Source of the DNA: Octopus vulgaris
Lineage: Eukaryota
Direction of reading: 5' to 3'
Assembly: GCA_951406725.2 (NCBI GenBank)
Contig: OX597816.1
Location: 150,598,001 to 150,662,000 of the forward strand
DNA: 64,000 bases
A program made the position numbers and the translations under genes. Positions 13,397-26,980 of this stretch are shown here, piece by piece; position 1 is the stretch's first letter, and each line of letters begins with the position of its first letter. The notes beneath the pieces are model-generated. The model saw only the letters and a list, made by a program, of their open reading frames with translations, was not told the origin of the DNA and made no database searches.

Positions 13397-14599
13397 CACA
13401 CACACACACAGTATTTCATACTTTTTCTTTTTTATACATTCAACTATATACGTTCAGATACAGCTGTGCCTGTATTTTCTGAATTTACTCAATTTTTTAT
13501 ATTTTCAGTGCTGTTTAAAAGTATTTATTTCTGTTCTAATATATTTTGGTGACAGAAATAACTTTAAACAGTTGAAACTTATAGTTTGTTCCAGTGTGTA
13601 AATGACTTGGCATTACATTTTAAAACTATATGGCGATGTCAACTCCAAGCATTGATATGTAGTCCAATACCAAATTTAGTGCTCAATCTTTTATATTCTT
13701 TCCAAGTGTATATAATTGTTATTCTCTTAAGTGAGTCAGTCAAAAAGAAAGAACAATCAATTATGTGAAAACATGCTGGATCATTTCTAGTTTTCTTTTG
13801 GGTTTAGCATCATATTGGGGAATAGGACTGACATCAGTAACCCAGCTGGCTGAGACTGGATGTTACACAAACACACTCACTCATGCATGTGCACGTACAT
13901 ACATGCATGCACATGTGCGTGTGACCATGTCAGGTACAGCTAGAAAACTAAAACCTGTATAAAAAATGCGTGTTTGTACACATATGCACACACATACCAT
14001 ACAACACAGAGTCTGTTGTTTTAGAGTGGGATTAGTAAAATGAAGATGATTGAAAAGTCAATTTTTTTTATTATGTAATCACATGGCTTCAGAGTTATAT
14101 CTATAGAGAACAGAGATAGTGCAACATTCTTCCATTTTCCAAATGTAATAATATGAAATGGAATACTTTCATCCAGAAAAGGAATATGATGTCCAGGTTA
14201 ATGAAATACATCATATAACTATACTTGTCATTCGTTGTCTTTGATGTTATGACAGAGACTATATGATTTATTTCATTATACTTTCTAATGATGCAGTTTT
14301 TGCAAGGGGTGGGAACTATAGACATTTTTTTTAGTTTACTCTTTTTTATTGGTTTCTTCTGGGGGAAATGGTTGTAGGCCCTCTGAGACTCATGATAGAG
14401 ATATGTTTGATATTCCTCTTAAACTGTTGCAAGCTGAAGTTTGCAGAAAAAACATGTAGAAAGAAGGAATTCCAGAGAGTCTACTTTCTGAAGAGGAAGA
14501 ACTAATTAATGCTGGACCTGGAAAGATACAATAATGGTAATGAGAGGAGAAGGAAGTCAGTGTGTCAGGATTGCTTGAGTTGATTGGCACAAGACTAGC

Positions 14600-14960
14600 T
14601 AGCTAGTAGAAACCACTGTAGTAATGGTACAAAATGCAGAGAGAGAGAGAGAGAGAGATGGAACGGATAACATGTCCGTAGGACAGAATTTGAAGTATGT
14701 TTGCTTAGCAAATTCGTGCCAGTGCATCTGGTGGCCTATCTCTGAATGCAGTCTCAGATATCTGTGTATAAAAGCAGCAGCAGCACCATGCCAGATGTGG
14801 AAACAGTATTCTATTGAGCTTTGAGCTTTATAGAAAGTTAGTAGCTGGTGGAGGATGAAGTATATTTTTACTCTGAAGAGAATCAAGTTGTGAGGAAGCC
14901 AGCTTTCTGGCTTGTGGATCAATTGTCAGGATCAGATTTGTTGTTAGCTGATCCTAGTTA
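14600..14960 (-). mobile_element. Degenerate CR1/Jockey-group LINE C-terminal fragment
   Basis: HQLLTFYKAQSSIEYCFHIWHGA resembles the LLxLYKAQIRPxxEYCSHIWGGA post-RT motif. Confidence 0.6.
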
Positions 14961-15430
14961 AAAAATTATATAGCATGAAAATAAATTAGATTATTGAAAA
15001 TATAACAGTGTAGTTTACAACTGTAGGTAAACACTGGAGCATGCACAGTGTAATTGATAAATTTCAGTGTTTTGTTAGGTTGCATTCTAAACTCAAATTT
15101 TTTTCTTGAATCTTATGCTATTTTATTCTTCCTAGAATCACTTCTTGACAGAAAGTTTTCTATGTTTCCTTATTTGAATTGGTACACAAAAGTTGCATGA
15201 ATCAGTACTTCCAATGTGCTGGCTATACAGAGAAATTTACCAACAGATATATCCATGAAGTAAGATAAATGAATTGTTTAGATGATTCATTAAATGTAGT
15301 TCACATTTTCAATTATATAGGTTATCCAATTAGTACTGGAAAAGTTGTACTTAAAGAATATTGGTAAGATTAAGAAAGGAGTGGAAGAAATTCAGCTTCT
15401 TGCAACTTTCTTTGGCAACAGGGTTTCCTT

Positions 15431-15488
<58 letters not shown>

Positions 15489-15674
15489 AAAAGTGAAGTG
15501 TATGAAACATATTAAGGAGTGTCATGCTACATTATTATGAGACATATGCAATGAATATGGATGAGTTGCAACAGTTGAAGAGAATTTAGACAAGCATAAC
15601 TTATTTACTATTAAATATATATATATAGCTTAGACATACAATAGGTCACACTTGCTTGAATCTTCTATCTATCA

Positions 15675-15870
15675 TTGAAGCATGTGGCTTAGTGGTTAGA
15701 GTGTTGCAATCATAAGATTGTGGTTTCAGTTCCTAGACTGATCTTGTTCCAATAAATTCAGCAGGCAAAAATGAGTAATCTTGCAACTGACAGGCATCCC
15801 ATTCAGTAAGGGAGTATATATGCCACAGAATCTGGAAAACCTGCACTTTGAGCCAATGGCTCAAGAAGGA
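15675..15870 (+). mobile_element. tRNA-headed SINE (second family), internally deleted
   Basis: GCATGTGGCTTAGTGGTTAGAGTGTTG...GGTTTCAGTTCCT box A/B. Homologous to 24385-24630. Confidence 0.7.
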
Positions 15871-15896
15871 CCTTTGATCCTTTTTTTAATTATCTA

Positions 15897-15937
<41 letters not shown>

Positions 15938-17797
15938 TCAAACATAAGAAAAAAGCACACAATGTGCTTAGAGTTTATGTTTTATTTCTATAACAGTTTC
16001 ACTCAAAATTGCATAACTTAAAGTTTCACTGAAATGCGGAAAACACTCTTGGTCATTTGGATGCTTACTTCTAAATAACAAGGCTTTCACAACTTTAAAG
16101 CTGGTTGTCATCGGATGATGGGTAAAGCTTATTCTTATTAGATGTTTCAGACCACATAGTGTGATTGGTAGCTGCCAGCTGAGGCTACCTGCTAGCACAT
16201 AGAGGTTGCTAATGACTACTGCTTGGTAGTTCTACTACTGATTGCTGATAAAGTCAGTAGCTAGTAGCTGATGCTGTGTGAGGCAACTTTAGCATGGTTT
16301 GCATAAGTAGTCTCACTTGTTCTGGTAAGAGATTCTTGTATTAAGAGTAAAGATTATGAGTAAGAGTATTAAGAGAAAGGATTATGAAAGTAAGGTTTAT
16401 GGAAGATGTTAACTGCTAATGATTTACAATTAGTCCAGTTGTTGGTAGTAGGAAGACTATTCAAATCTTATGTATAGAAAAGCAGTGAGCTATTAGTATG
16501 TGAAGTGAAAATTTACGGGACAATATTAACAGCTAATAACTTAAAGTTTTCCACTAAAGAATCGCACTTGTGAAAGCAGAATGACAGCTCTGATTTCTTG
16601 TTAGGGGATTCAGCTGCCTATGGCAATGTATGTAATTTTTCAGTGAAACAGAGGTGACAGCTGTGCACTTAGGCAACTAGGAAAGTGCTTTGTTGAGAAT
16701 ACACCAGGTTATATGGGCAGAACAATTCCCTAGTTCCTGGAATTTCCATAAAACAAGGCAGTGAAATGGAGATTTTCTTTCTCTGGATCTGAGTGTGTGG
16801 GCTTGGTAAACTGTCCTTTAAAGTAGTTTGCTTTAATATCTTGGAATACCATCAGGTGGAGTAAGAGTTGCCCTATAGCCTACTGCCTTGGGGAGGCAGA
16901 ATCCTCTTAGTGTCAAATGAGTTGGTTTTGACAGTTGCATATGGGTGTTTGAGGTGAAAATTGTGTAAGTGTATATTTTTTCTCTTATAGCATGTGAAGG
17001 AATGTAGCATTGTCTAGGCAAGAATAACTCACTTTAACATTATGCTCATTGAAAGTTTACAATATTTAAGTATACTTGGGAAGTGTTACCCAATTAAGGA
17101 TTGGAAGTTCCTAGTCATGTTACTGAAGATACTGTATTGAAATGGTGGATGGAACCAGGTAATTTATTTTCTCTTCCCAACTCCCTTTGATGATAAGGAT
17201 AGAGGACCTTCCCTATATGCCGAGTTCTTATTAGAACTGCTTTTTGATAGCTTTTTATTATAATAGGGTATAACTAATGAATATATCTCTAGCTGAGACC
17301 ACCGCTGTTGCTTGCAAATGATTCCCACCATATTCTGCCTGTGATTCTTAAGTATGTGTTGAGAAATAAGCTTAATGTCTACCTCAAAATTTCATGTCTC
17401 TGGAGACATGTTATGAAATTAAGCCTGTCAATGAACAGGAAAGTAATCTTTCAGAAAGTAAAATAGAACAGCTAGTGTATATGCCAATTTATTGCTTCAG
17501 AGAAGCAATAGTCAAATCCCAGCTGATGATGACAGCAAACAAATTCTTGGTACAAAATTCAAGCTCAAGATTAAAATGAGCAGGTGGCAAAAGTTTACTC
17601 AGATGTCCATCCCCAGTTCATTGAATGTAAATGCATTCCAGAAAGAGATATACTCCTGCCAATAAATGTAACAGTAAATGAGGTGAATTTTAAATCATTG
17701 AATCTTCTTCCAGCAGACACTCTATTACATATAAATCTTACAATCTTGTGGTAAAATTCTCTGAATAAATGAATTACATCATAAACTTTTTAAATCA

Positions 17798-17856
<59 letters not shown>

Positions 17857-17984
17857 TATATATATAAACAGGTGTTAAGTTAAAAAAACTATGCATTCTC
17901 ACCTTAATCTTCTGTATTTTTTATACTCCTTGTGAAAGTAAATTTATTTGTCAAAAACACACACATATATTCACATCCCAACAT

Positions 17985-18145
17985 GTGAGTTCTTCCAGTT
18001 TCTGTCTACCAAATCCATTCATGAGGTTTTGATTGGTGTGGAGGTATAGTACAAGACATTTGTACACAGTGTCACACAGTGAGACTGAACCCAAAACCAC
18101 ATGATTGTGAACCCAGCTTTTCAACAAAAGACTTACACCTGCCCC
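17985..18145 (-). mobile_element. CORE-like SINE 5' part
   Basis: Reverse complement of the 9905-10060 family (TTCAGTTTCTGTCTACCAAATCC...ACTGAACCC). Confidence 0.7.
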
Positions 18146-18933
18146 TTATTTATGTGTGTATGTGTATGCATGCACGTAAAATCACTGTATTGATATTTTA
18201 ATTAGTAATACCTGGCTGTTGACCTTGTACCATTATGTAATTTAAGTTGTATATCTCAATATCTTATTTTCTACAAGCAGCTTTAATCTTCTTAAATTCC
18301 ATAGCTTGGAAGGCAGAGGTTGGCCACCCTTGATAATTATTTAATGAAAGATGTAGCAAGTCTGTTTGATCCTGGTTGTTTAAACAAAGACTCTACTTTC
18401 ACAATGAGACTATATACATGTTTAAACATATGGATATGACTTCATATACATATTTATTCAATATATCTTGTAGGATTTATTCATTCATTCCAAGCACATA
18501 CCTCACCTTCTCCTCACCCTATGAATATCGTCTCTGGAGTGCCTATAATGAAGTTATTATAATAATATTCCCTCTACATCTTTTGGTGAATAAAGTTCAG
18601 AAAGAGATCACCCTTTATGGTCAGAAAGCTGTGTCTTTGTGACATTGTGTGATGCTTTACATGAAGCAGTGTAAAATTAGCCAAGATGAAATTTGTCTTG
18701 TTCTTTACCTCCTTTCTTGCTTTGAATATGATAGCTGCTTACCTTATGTTCTTCTCCACCTAATTATATTGTTATTGTTATATTTGTTTCTGCTCTTCTT
18801 TCCTCCCACCCCCACCCCAACCTCTTCACAATAGTCCTACATACATTGCTGCTGCTGCTGCTGCTGATATTACTACTACTACTACTGTCACCACCATCAC
18901 CACTACCACAAGCCCCCACAATATTTCTGCTCA

Positions 18934-18964
<31 letters not shown>

Positions 18965-19764
18965 CTGTGCTCAATACTCTCTATTCCCCATGCAACTACC
19001 ACTGCCACCAAACAACAGAGGTTAGCAATGCTATTCTATTTTGGTTCTAGGTATTCTAAATGGCTCATTACTATTTTTCACTCTAATTTCTCAGAAGCAT
19101 CTTAACACTTTGTCTATTTCTACATCACCTAGATACTCTCTCTCTCTCTCATTCTCACTTACTACTCATATAATTTCTTCTTGACTAGGCACAAGGCCAA
19201 CTTCTGCATATGAGGTGTGCTGTCAATTGAATTTAACCTAGCTTGTTACTGGTGCTTATATTATAGATCCCCAAAATGATGAAATACATATTCAACTCTG
19301 GTAGGATTTTAACTGTGTACAATAAGAAATCAAGCTTGAGGCCCTATAAAATCTTTGGTTCAGGGCTTATAAAGGAACATTTATGTGATCATTCAACCTG
19401 TTAGAAATAATAGCCAAATCTTCCTCAAATCATGTGTAACCATCATCAAAATAGGAAAGACATTGAACGAGTAGTCTAGGGGTATACACTATGTTGAAAA
19501 AGAAAATTACATGATGGTCATGGATGGAAAGCCATTGATCATAGTTTTGCTCAGTCAAGGTTAACCTAGCATAATCCACAACAATCATAAATCTATTTGA
19601 TTTTATTAGAGTGTAATATGTGTAAATGACATTATCATTATTTCTTAGATATGTATAAAGTCATTAATTTGTAAGGCAAAGGTTAACTTAGCAGAATTTG
19701 AACTTAAAATTTAGAGGCATGAAACTAATGAGTATAATGTATTTGATCTAACCCTAACCCTGAT

Positions 19765-20032
19765 TTCGTGTGATCACATGAGTGACCAGACTTTCAGATG
19801 TTATTACACATCGCTGGTCACAGTGCAATTTGCATTGTTTTAGCCTTTGAATGATACCACCCTACTGTTTTGGAAAGCTTTTCAACATTCCCTCCTGATT
19901 GAAAGGGAGACTGGAACAATGTGAAATGAAGTGTTTTGTTCAAGAACACAATGCACCAGCCAGTCTGGGAATTGAAACCATAATCTAGCAATCATGAGTG
20001 CAACAGCCTGACCACTAGGTGATGCACCTTCA
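19765..20032 (-). mobile_element. tRNA-headed SINE (second family)
   Basis: Reverse complement of the head at 24385 (GGAATTGAAACCATAATC...GACCACTAGG...TGCACCTTCA). Confidence 0.65.
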
Positions 20033-20099
20033 TTGAGTTAATTTTACTAAATCATTCAGAGTAAGAACAAAATAATAGCATTAACAGGCTATTATATGA

Positions 20100-21110
20100 T
20101 ATCCTAATTGTCTCTAATATGATATCCTGCTGCTTTCCTGAACTGGGGACAAATTAAGACACACTGACTGTGAAACCAGAAAGACAATAACCATGTATAG
20201 GTCATTACATCCAAGAGAGAGTGTTGATATGTTATATCTAGCATGAAAGAAGGGAGAGGCTGGATATAGGTGGCAGAACATGAAGAGTATGTGAAAAATG
20301 GCACAGAAAATATGATTTCAGCTGCTAGAGGAGAAGAGAAAGAAGCTGTGAAAATCACAAAAGAAAACAAGAGCAAAAAGAAACATCTTGGGAAAAGGCT
20401 ATAGGATCAGCAAATGCAGGATGTTGCAACAAACAAATCTTGGTTATGGTTGAAGAATGGCAAACTCAAAATAGAAACAGAAGCTCTCATTATGGTTGTT
20501 CAAACTAACGTTTTTAAGGCAAGAATAGACAGAAGCATGGAAAGTGATAAGTGCAGAATGCGTAACAAGAAAGAGTCCTTTGTGCACATAAGATCTTGTA
20601 GTCCTTTGGCACCAAAAGAATATGAATGCAGACATGATTGTGTAGCCAAAGCATTACACTGGAACATATTACCACTACTTGGGTTTGAAGTAAGCAGAAA
20701 ATGGCACCAACACCAATTGGAGAGTGTGACAGAGAATGATTTGTTTAAAGTCTTATAGGACTTTACTGTACAGACTGACCATAAATTTCGGGAAAGACAA
20801 TCAGATATTATCATTCTGGGTAAAAGGTCAAAAGAGTGCATCAATCAAAGATGTGGCTATGTCTTCTGACATGAATTTAGTGGTCAAAGAACAAGAGAAA
20901 ATAGAAAACTTGCAGGACTTGACTATGGAAATGCAAAGACAGGAGAGTTTCTGCAAAAATAATAGTTATAGGCACTCTATGTACCATTACCAACAGATTT
21001 GGTAGTTACCTTATTGGGATCAGTGTAACTATGAGAATTGCATTAATACAAAAAATTGCTGTATTAGGAACAGTGAGGATTGTTCAAAAGGTTCTCAGTA
21101 TCTAAGAGTT
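20100..21110 (+). mobile_element. R4/Dong-like (restriction-like endonuclease) non-LTR retrotransposon 3' fragment
   Basis: SWLWLKNGKLKIETEALIM...DKCRM...HIRSC...EYECRHDCVAKALHW...KWHQHQLESVTEND: CCHC knuckle, RHD motif and a degenerate PD-(D/E)xK region, frameshifted. Confidence 0.85.
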
Positions 21111-22030
21111 AATCAAAGAACATCAAAGAATAATGAACAAGGGCAGATTTCCTTTCCCAGTTGTATTCCTTGACCCACTGGACATACTGAGGGTAGATCC
21201 CTTTAGTCAAACCATTCTTACCACTTTCACCCACCTTTCAGCAAATTCACTACAAAGCAGCACCTCCTGAACCCTCACCTTCTCTCCCAGTTGATGAGGG
21301 ATTCGTTGAAGAGAAAAGAATTCGTCTTCAGTCCTCTCAATATTGTCCACTATACAACCTCTTTTGTTGTAACCATTGGACAAAAGAAAACTACCTGCTC
21401 TTCCTAGCCTAAGGAAGATGACAGGAAGATTTTCATGATGGTCTTGACTGGTAACTGGATCCATCCTATATGTGATGACAGCTGATTTGATATTACTCCA
21501 TGTTAGCAACGCTTAGACACTGAACAAGTGTATGCAAAAGTTTTGTGAACATAATTGGCTGATGCATTACTGTATTTATAGAGTTTATTCCAAAACAGTA
21601 ATGACACCCCTCTCTTCTCTCCTTTTGTAACATTTTCACACCTGGGATTTCTGAAAGTTGCCTACTGTCCTCATGCTGAAAGTCCTCTGGAATAGGATTT
21701 TCAACTGGTATTCTTTGATACACAGAATCTTCCTGAAAATGTTGTTACTCTTGTCCCTAACTAATACTCTAAAAAATTCGAAGTTTAGTGTACTACTAGT
21801 AGAAAACTGCAAGTATGTGGTGATATTCCAGATGTCAGATGCTCAATCTGGTCCTTCATTTGATCTAGGGCTGCAGTTCCATTAGAAAGACAACTTGGGA
21901 AAATGTACTCCATGAACTGCTCATGTAAAAGGCACTCGTAAATACTGTGGCCAAATACCAGGAAACCCCAAGGCATCAAAACTACAATACATTGTTCTCA
22001 TGGGTACTGCCTACACCTTAAGAAAAACAT
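21110..22030 (-). mobile_element. Probable L1/Tx1-like LINE C-terminal remnant
   Basis: Frameshifted coding-like sequence including LLHTLVQCLSVA, similar to the ETxxHALxxC zinc-knuckle of Tx1 ORF2. Confidence 0.45.
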
Positions 22031-22753
22031 ATCAGCTTGAAAATACCTAATTATCTTAAAACTCTTTAAAAACTGAAATATTACAATTTAACTGGATCTT
22101 AGTTCTCAGATTTTGATTTCCTTCCTTTACAATATATCATTGCTAAATTGAATAATTGTCATAAAACAACCAACTTGCTGTTACCTGAGGTCTCTGGGCG
22201 AGACTTGGAACAGCTTATATAAAGCAAAGCAATGACATAAATAAGTAATAATAATAATAATTATAAACATAAGTAGTAGTAGTAGTAGTAGTAGAAGAAG
22301 AAATGGTGTCTAAAACTGACTTATTGCCACAAATTTTGGCTGTAGAGTTAAATCATTTAAACCTACATCAGTATATGATAGGTACACCACAACATTATCT
22401 AGCATTGCTGTTTCTTGTTGACAACAATACTAATAAAGCAAAATGTGTGAGGCTCCCTATATTTATTTGAAAACATAAACTATTATGAAATGGTAGTAAA
22501 TACAGGTAGTAGGACTTGAAGCGGTAAGTGATGCATTAGCTAAAGTCAATTCAGAAAATAAAGTTCAGGTATTTAAGTCTGCTACTCTGACCTATCTTTC
22601 AAGAGAGGCTGGTGTTATACTTAGTTGCTAAGCTACAGTGAGTAGGTATTGTTTAGTACTTTTATAGTAAGTTGGTAAGTTAAGAGTATAAAATTAAATG
22701 TACAGTATACCACCAAATGTTAAAAGTATGAATGATATAATATATTATATAAT

Positions 22754-22844
22754 GTAAACTATACTATAGTCTAGTGTGGCATTCTATGTTATATATAGTA
22801 AACTATACTATAGTTTAGTGTGGTATTCTATGTTATATATAGTA
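22754..22844. repeat. 44 bp tandem duplication
   Basis: GTAAACTATACTATAGT(C/T)TAGTGTGG(C/T)ATTCTATGTTATATATA occurs twice with 2 mismatches. Confidence 0.9.
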
Positions 22845-23302
22845 TGTATTGTTTGTATGTCAAAGTACTGTGTTGTATATTATAATTTGGTATTGTGTGT
22901 AAAATTATAAATTGTAGCAAACTGGCATCTTATAGTGTGGTCTATTATCTATTGTCTGTAAATGTAAGTTGGTATATTATCATAAAGTATAGTACAGTGT
23001 AGTGTATGTTATAGTGAGTTGGAGAAGGATATCTAATAAAGCTAATATACCAACCAGGTGGAAAGGGACTACTCCGTTATGTTCGATGGAGGTGAGGAGG
23101 TAGTTATTTTGTTTGCTTGTTTTTATTTTTAATCTTTGTAGTCTTCCCTACATATTGAAGTCTATTTCTTTATTTAGCCTCCTTCTCCTCTAAAATGTAA
23201 TATCACTTGCTTCTCACCAAACTGAGCTACACTGGAATGTTGTTTCATCTATTCTTTTAACTGCTGTCAGAGCAACCTCGTACACGGCTTTGCTTCTACA
23301 TC

Positions 23303-23306
23303 ATTG

Positions 23307-23338
<32 letters not shown>

Positions 23339-23485
23339 TCCATCATTATCATCATCATCATCAACATCATCATCATCATCATCATCATAGTCTTCTTCAT
23401 CATCAACATCAGCATGATCACCATAAGCAACAATTCTTCTTCATCATCCAAGCAATTGTTTTTACTTGATGATGATGATGATGAT
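23303..23485. repeat. (CAT)n microsatellite with a short opposing (GAT)n
   Basis: Direct reading. Confidence 0.9.
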
Positions 23486-23979
23486 AGTACCTCATTTAAA
23501 CAGCAGCTGCCATAAGCCCACGTATTTTAAAACCAACTTTCCTCTAACAATGTACCAGGATTTTTGGTTCATTTAGCAACTTTTTTTCATTTTCTTTTTA
23601 CATTGCTTATATGCACACGTTTACGTAGAAACTGACTTGTATATTTTTGTGCATGTAATATAACTACAGACAACGATGTATGCGCATGTCTGTGTGTGTG
23701 CGTCTATGTGAATGCGTGGGAGGGTATGCATGCATACAAAATCACATTTAACCTTGTTAACCTTATATGCATCACTGCAGTTTTGACATCACACACATAT
23801 ACTTTTTCAGTATATTTTAATAAACAGGAAGTTACAAATGTGACTAAAGGATCAAAAGTTTCATTCAGGGCAGTTGTAAAACTTTGAGTCACCTTTGTAA
23901 CATTTTGCCAAGTAAAAAAATTGAAAAGTATATACACTCATGTATTAAATTCTATTTCTCCCATTTGTTCTTCCAAATT

Positions 23980-23999
23980 CATATATACATATATGTATG

Positions 24000-24048
<49 letters not shown>

Positions 24049-24334
24049 CATATTATATATCAATATATGAATGTGTATGTACATATGTGTGTGTATCTAT
24101 GTATATATATATATACATACATACATACATACACACACATATATATATATATCTATCTATCTATATATATATATCATATATATATATGTATCATATTATA
24201 TATCAATATATGAATGCGTATGTACATATATGTGTGTATGTATATATATATATGTGTGTGTGTGTGTATATATATGTATATATATATGTGTATATATATA
24301 TGTGTGTATATATATATGTGTGTGTGCGTGTGTG

Positions 24335-24367
<33 letters not shown>

Positions 24368-24386
24368 ACGTATGTATGTATATATG
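23980..24386. repeat. (TA)/(TG) compound microsatellite
   Basis: Direct reading. Includes a duplicated unit of about 55 bp (TATGTATCATATTATATATCAATATATGAATG...). Confidence 0.95.
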
Positions 24387-24630
24387 TGGAGGTGCATGGC
24401 TTAGTGGTTAGGGTGTTGGACTCATAATTGTAAGATTATGGTTTCGATTCCTGGACTGAGTGATGTGTTGTGTTCTCAAGCAAAGCACTTCATTTCATGT
24501 TGCTTCAGTCCACTCAACTTCCAAAAGTGAGTCATCCTTTAACAGACTGCTGTCTGTCCAGGAGGTGAATATATTTACCACAGAATCTAAGAAACCAGCT
24601 TTATGAACTTATGACTTGTGAAGGATCTTT
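24385..24630 (+). mobile_element. tRNA-headed SINE (second family)
   Basis: GTGGAGGTGCATGGCTTAGTGGTTAGG (box A)...GGTTTCGATTCC (box B), then a non-tRNA body. Confidence 0.8.
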
Positions 24631-24994
24631 GCTCCTTTACTTGATCTATGTGTTAGTGTGTGTATGTTTGTGTCTCCTCATTTTGACATTGCATGATACT
24701 TGTAAATGAGTGTCACTGTCATACAAGCAATGTCATTCATTTCCAACACTCAGCAAAAGCATGTCTAGCCTTGCTTGGAAAAAGATCAAAGTTGGCAACA
24801 GGAAGGATATCTGGCCATATAATATCTACCTCAATATATTTTCTATTGCCAGAAAAGTGTTTGGTGTTAGAAAGAGCATCCAGTCATAGAAAACATACCA
24901 TGACTAGAATGTATGAGTGACAAGTGGTTTTCCACCCCATCTACAAAGGTAGAACTAATTTGGGTGTGATAACCTCCCCAACTCATATTGCTGT

Positions 24995-25033
<39 letters not shown>

Positions 25034-25568
25034 AGGAAAGGGTTTAGGCCACTGGTTCCAAACTAATAGGAACACTGTGTAAGTGCTCTAATTGATAAGC
25101 CACTCCTGCTGATCTCTGAACTTTTCTCCCATTATCTGAATGAGCATTAAACTGCTAGATCCTACTTTTTCAACTGGATGTATTTCTCAACCCACTTTCT
25201 GAACTATGGACTTATCGGGGATTATATGTAAGGAGGTACACCTTCATGGAAATATAGACAAACCCCAATACACTCCAGAATGGGATGAACTATGAGCCTT
25301 GATCTTCATGGTTTTCTTTACATCAAATTTTCGACCTACATCTCCACATAGAAATTTCCTGTGTATATATCTTGTCTTCAATGACAGAATACCCAGTATA
25401 TGGAAATGTTGATCAACACATTGATCCATTATCTGGGATATCCCAGAAAGAGCTGTATGGCATTATTATTTACTTTTGCTTATTTCATTTCACCATTATA
25501 ATAATTAGAATATTTCAAATTATCTGATAAGCTTGTCTTGCAATGGGTTTGTTTTTCTCTTCCTTTAA

Positions 25569-25606
<38 letters not shown>

Positions 25607-25609
<3 letters not shown>

Positions 25610-26980
25610 GGGAGGGAGAATTCACAAAAAAAACAAAAGATGAAGACAGGTGGTGTAGACAACAAACAGCTGTATTAGTTTAACGCTTGGGAAGTGAAAA
25701 AGTTTTTAACATTTCAAGCCTACACTCTTCCACAGAAAAGAACACAGAAAGAAACAAGAAGAGGAAATAAAGGATGTGTAGTGGCTAGCGATCTATCATG
25801 GCAAATGCTGGACAGAGGGGTCACGCAGGAGAGCTAGGAAGAAGGGGAGATAATAAAGTAGTGGTGATCCTAAAACAAAGGTGCGCGTGCGTGTGTATAA
25901 GAAAGCATGTATGTGTGTTTGGAAGAGGGCTGGTGACCTTGACATATGTGTGTGTGTGCATGTGTAGGTGTGTGGATGATGCTATGGGACTGGGAAGTGG
26001 TCAGTACTAGTATGTGCATGGTGGTGTGATGTGATGTGGTGTTGTGTGGTATTGTGGTGTTGGGATGTGGGGAAGGCGAGTATGGGGAAAGCAAGGGTGG
26101 GGTGTGGGTTAGGCTGAGGGTGGGGTAGAAGTGGAGTATGTGGGAGTGGGTGTAAGGGATGGTGTGGGGGTGAGATGGATGGGAAGGTGGGGTGGAGTTA
26201 CACTGGAGGGGGTGACGATGAAGGGAGAGGGAGAAGTTAAGAGAAGTAGGAGTTGGAGCAAGAGAGGAGAGGGGAGGAGGACTAGATGAAGAGGGAGGAG
26301 AGTTGAGCCCATGTGGTGCAAAGGAGTGAAGAGAGAAGATTAATCCCTGTTCACGGCAAAGACAGGAGTCTGGATGACCCCTGTGCAAGAACAATCCAAA
26401 CACAGACAGGTGTTGCAAAGAGTGACCAGGAGAGTGGAAATGGTGTGAGACCAAGGTGTCATTGCTGAGTCAGATGTCTGGAGGTGTTCCGTGAACCGGT
26501 CAGCCAAACGGCATCTTGTTTGCCCGATGTATAGAGACGGGCAGATAGAGCAGGAGATGCAGTAGATGACATTGGTAGAAGTGCAGGTGAAGGAGTCAGC
26601 AATATGATAGGATTGATGATGAGTGCCAGCGAGGAGGGTGGTGTTGGAGAGGTAAGGGCAAGTGCAGCAGCATGGGCAGGAGCAGAGGAAAGAGCCAGGT
26701 TGGGAGGTTGGGTTAGGGAAGAAACTGTTGACCAAGAGGTCTCATAGGTTGTGGGCTCGTTTGAAGGAGGGGAGGGGTTGGTTAGGGAAGATGTGTGAAG
26801 TGGAGGGGTTGGACTGGAGTTGCTGGACGGCTTGGAGAATGGTGCATTAGAGAGGAAGGGTGGTGGGGAAATGGGAGATGGTGGGGCAAGTGCGGGGGAA
26901 GAGAGCAGATGCATGGTCCACAGAACGTGCTCTTGCAAGGGTGGTGTGGATAGTGGTGAGGGGATATCCATGTAGGATGA
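25607..26980 (-). mobile_element. Penelope-like element 3' portion: GIY-YIG endonuclease and pseudo-LTR
   Basis: ORF 26340-26735 contains CxCxxCxTCPY...FTCTSTNVIYCISCSICPSLYIGQTRCRLADRFTEHL (GIY-YIG with PLE Cys linker). The element ends at a (TA)n tract. Confidence 0.92.

Noticed and set aside
16400-17700. Possible very old LINE remnant
   Set aside because: No recognisable protein motif could be read, so it was not called.
22754-22844. Repeat pair as a CRISPR-like array
   Set aside because: Simple tandem duplication without spacers in eukaryotic DNA. No CRISPR is present in the window.
24385-24460. tRNA-like sequence with box A and box B
   Set aside because: It has no complete cloverleaf and continues into a repeat body seen in several copies, so it is a SINE head.
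25378-25424. Possible third hammerhead
   Set aside because: GAAA and stem III are present, but CUGANGA and the U of NUH are missing.
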